Assembly: GCA_021613535.1 (NCBI GenBank)
Contig: CP075496.1
Span: 14,694,001-14,758,000 of the forward strand
Source: Adineta vaga
Lineage: Eukaryota; Animalia; Rotifera
Reading direction: 5' to 3'
Length of the DNA: 64,000 nucleotides
Shown: positions 63,210 to 64,000 of the stretch, piece after piece
Layout: every line of letters starts with the position of its first letter
Numbering within the stretch: position 1 is the stretch's first letter
Position numbers and translations under genes: made by a program
Notes under the pieces: model-generated
What the model was told of the DNA's origin: nothing
Database searches by the model: none
Seen by the model: only the letters and a program-made list of their open reading frames with translations

Positions 63210-64000
63210 AGAGACGTTATTTAGTATATGATTAAATTTGGAATTTTTGCATAAAATAAATAAAGAATAAATTAAAGTTAACTTTATTTCTTTTATTATT
63301 GAAAATCTTCATCTAGATGAACATATATTGTATTAACATTTAAATAAATCGTTGAATAACTGATGGTGTGAAAGTGTAGATAATAGATACATGCGAAATT
63401 CATATTCTCTTTCACACCCTATAGATGCTCTTAATACCCCCACTAAAAAATTATAGGCAAAACATTTTTCATAATATTAAAACATGTATTTCGAGATTTT
63501 TCAAATATTTCAGTGTGTTCTGTATATGGGTTGCACTTTACATTTACTTTACTATATAGTAACTATTTAAGTTACTAATTTATTGGGAACTATGATAACT
63601 ACTCAATAATGTATAGTATTACTAGTAATTAAGTAATTAATTTTGTATTTCAGTTTCTAAATAAAAGAGAGTATCACTATTATCTGAAGGAAACTTAATT
63701 GAGTTTATGCTTGTCTATACTGGCAGGTCCATCGGATTATAGAAGGATACAAAAAAAAATGTATTAAAAGATGATTTATTTTGAGAGGACGGTGTTTTGA
63801 TCTTGATATAAGAATCTATTTATGTGAGATTTATTATTTAACGCAATAAATTTTAGATATCTATTGAACCTGTCTTTGTATTCGTGATTGAAATAATTCA
63901 ACTAACAGCTCTGGAAAACTTTTTCTATGCTGTTTGATCATATCTAAACTAATATCATATAATAATAAACGTTCGATTCGTGCAGCGAATTGCATAATAT

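Overview
AT-rich eukaryotic DNA with short (~47-60 nt) GT-AG introns. The gene content (F-box/LRR, intronless orphan GPCR, Thr-stalk type II membrane proteins, foreign-looking enzymes) suggests a bdelloid rotifer, which is an inference. Compact AT-rich gene regions (~1-11.3 kb and ~61.5-64 kb) flank a ~50-kb island that is less AT-rich and saturated with transposons. The island holds a Ly6/uPAR-like protein, a decayed GH18 gene, a cathepsin L-like protein with catalytic Cys replaced by Asp, a complete xanthine dehydrogenase with non-metazoan signatures, an intronless ToxA-like SAM methyltransferase, a divergent SLC18/VMAT-like transporter and a small secreted Cys/Ala peptide. Mobile DNA includes nested hAT/RTE, MULE, maT, piggyBac, Helitron/HINE and KDZ remnants, two large palindromes and a tRNA-like element. 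The two best leads are a candidate XDH + methyltransferase + vesicular transporter small-molecule cluster, and more than 12 dispersed hairpin cassettes built from head-to-head TGTGGG/TGAGGG telomere-type hexamers. Gene models were read by eye and internal exon boundaries are approximate.
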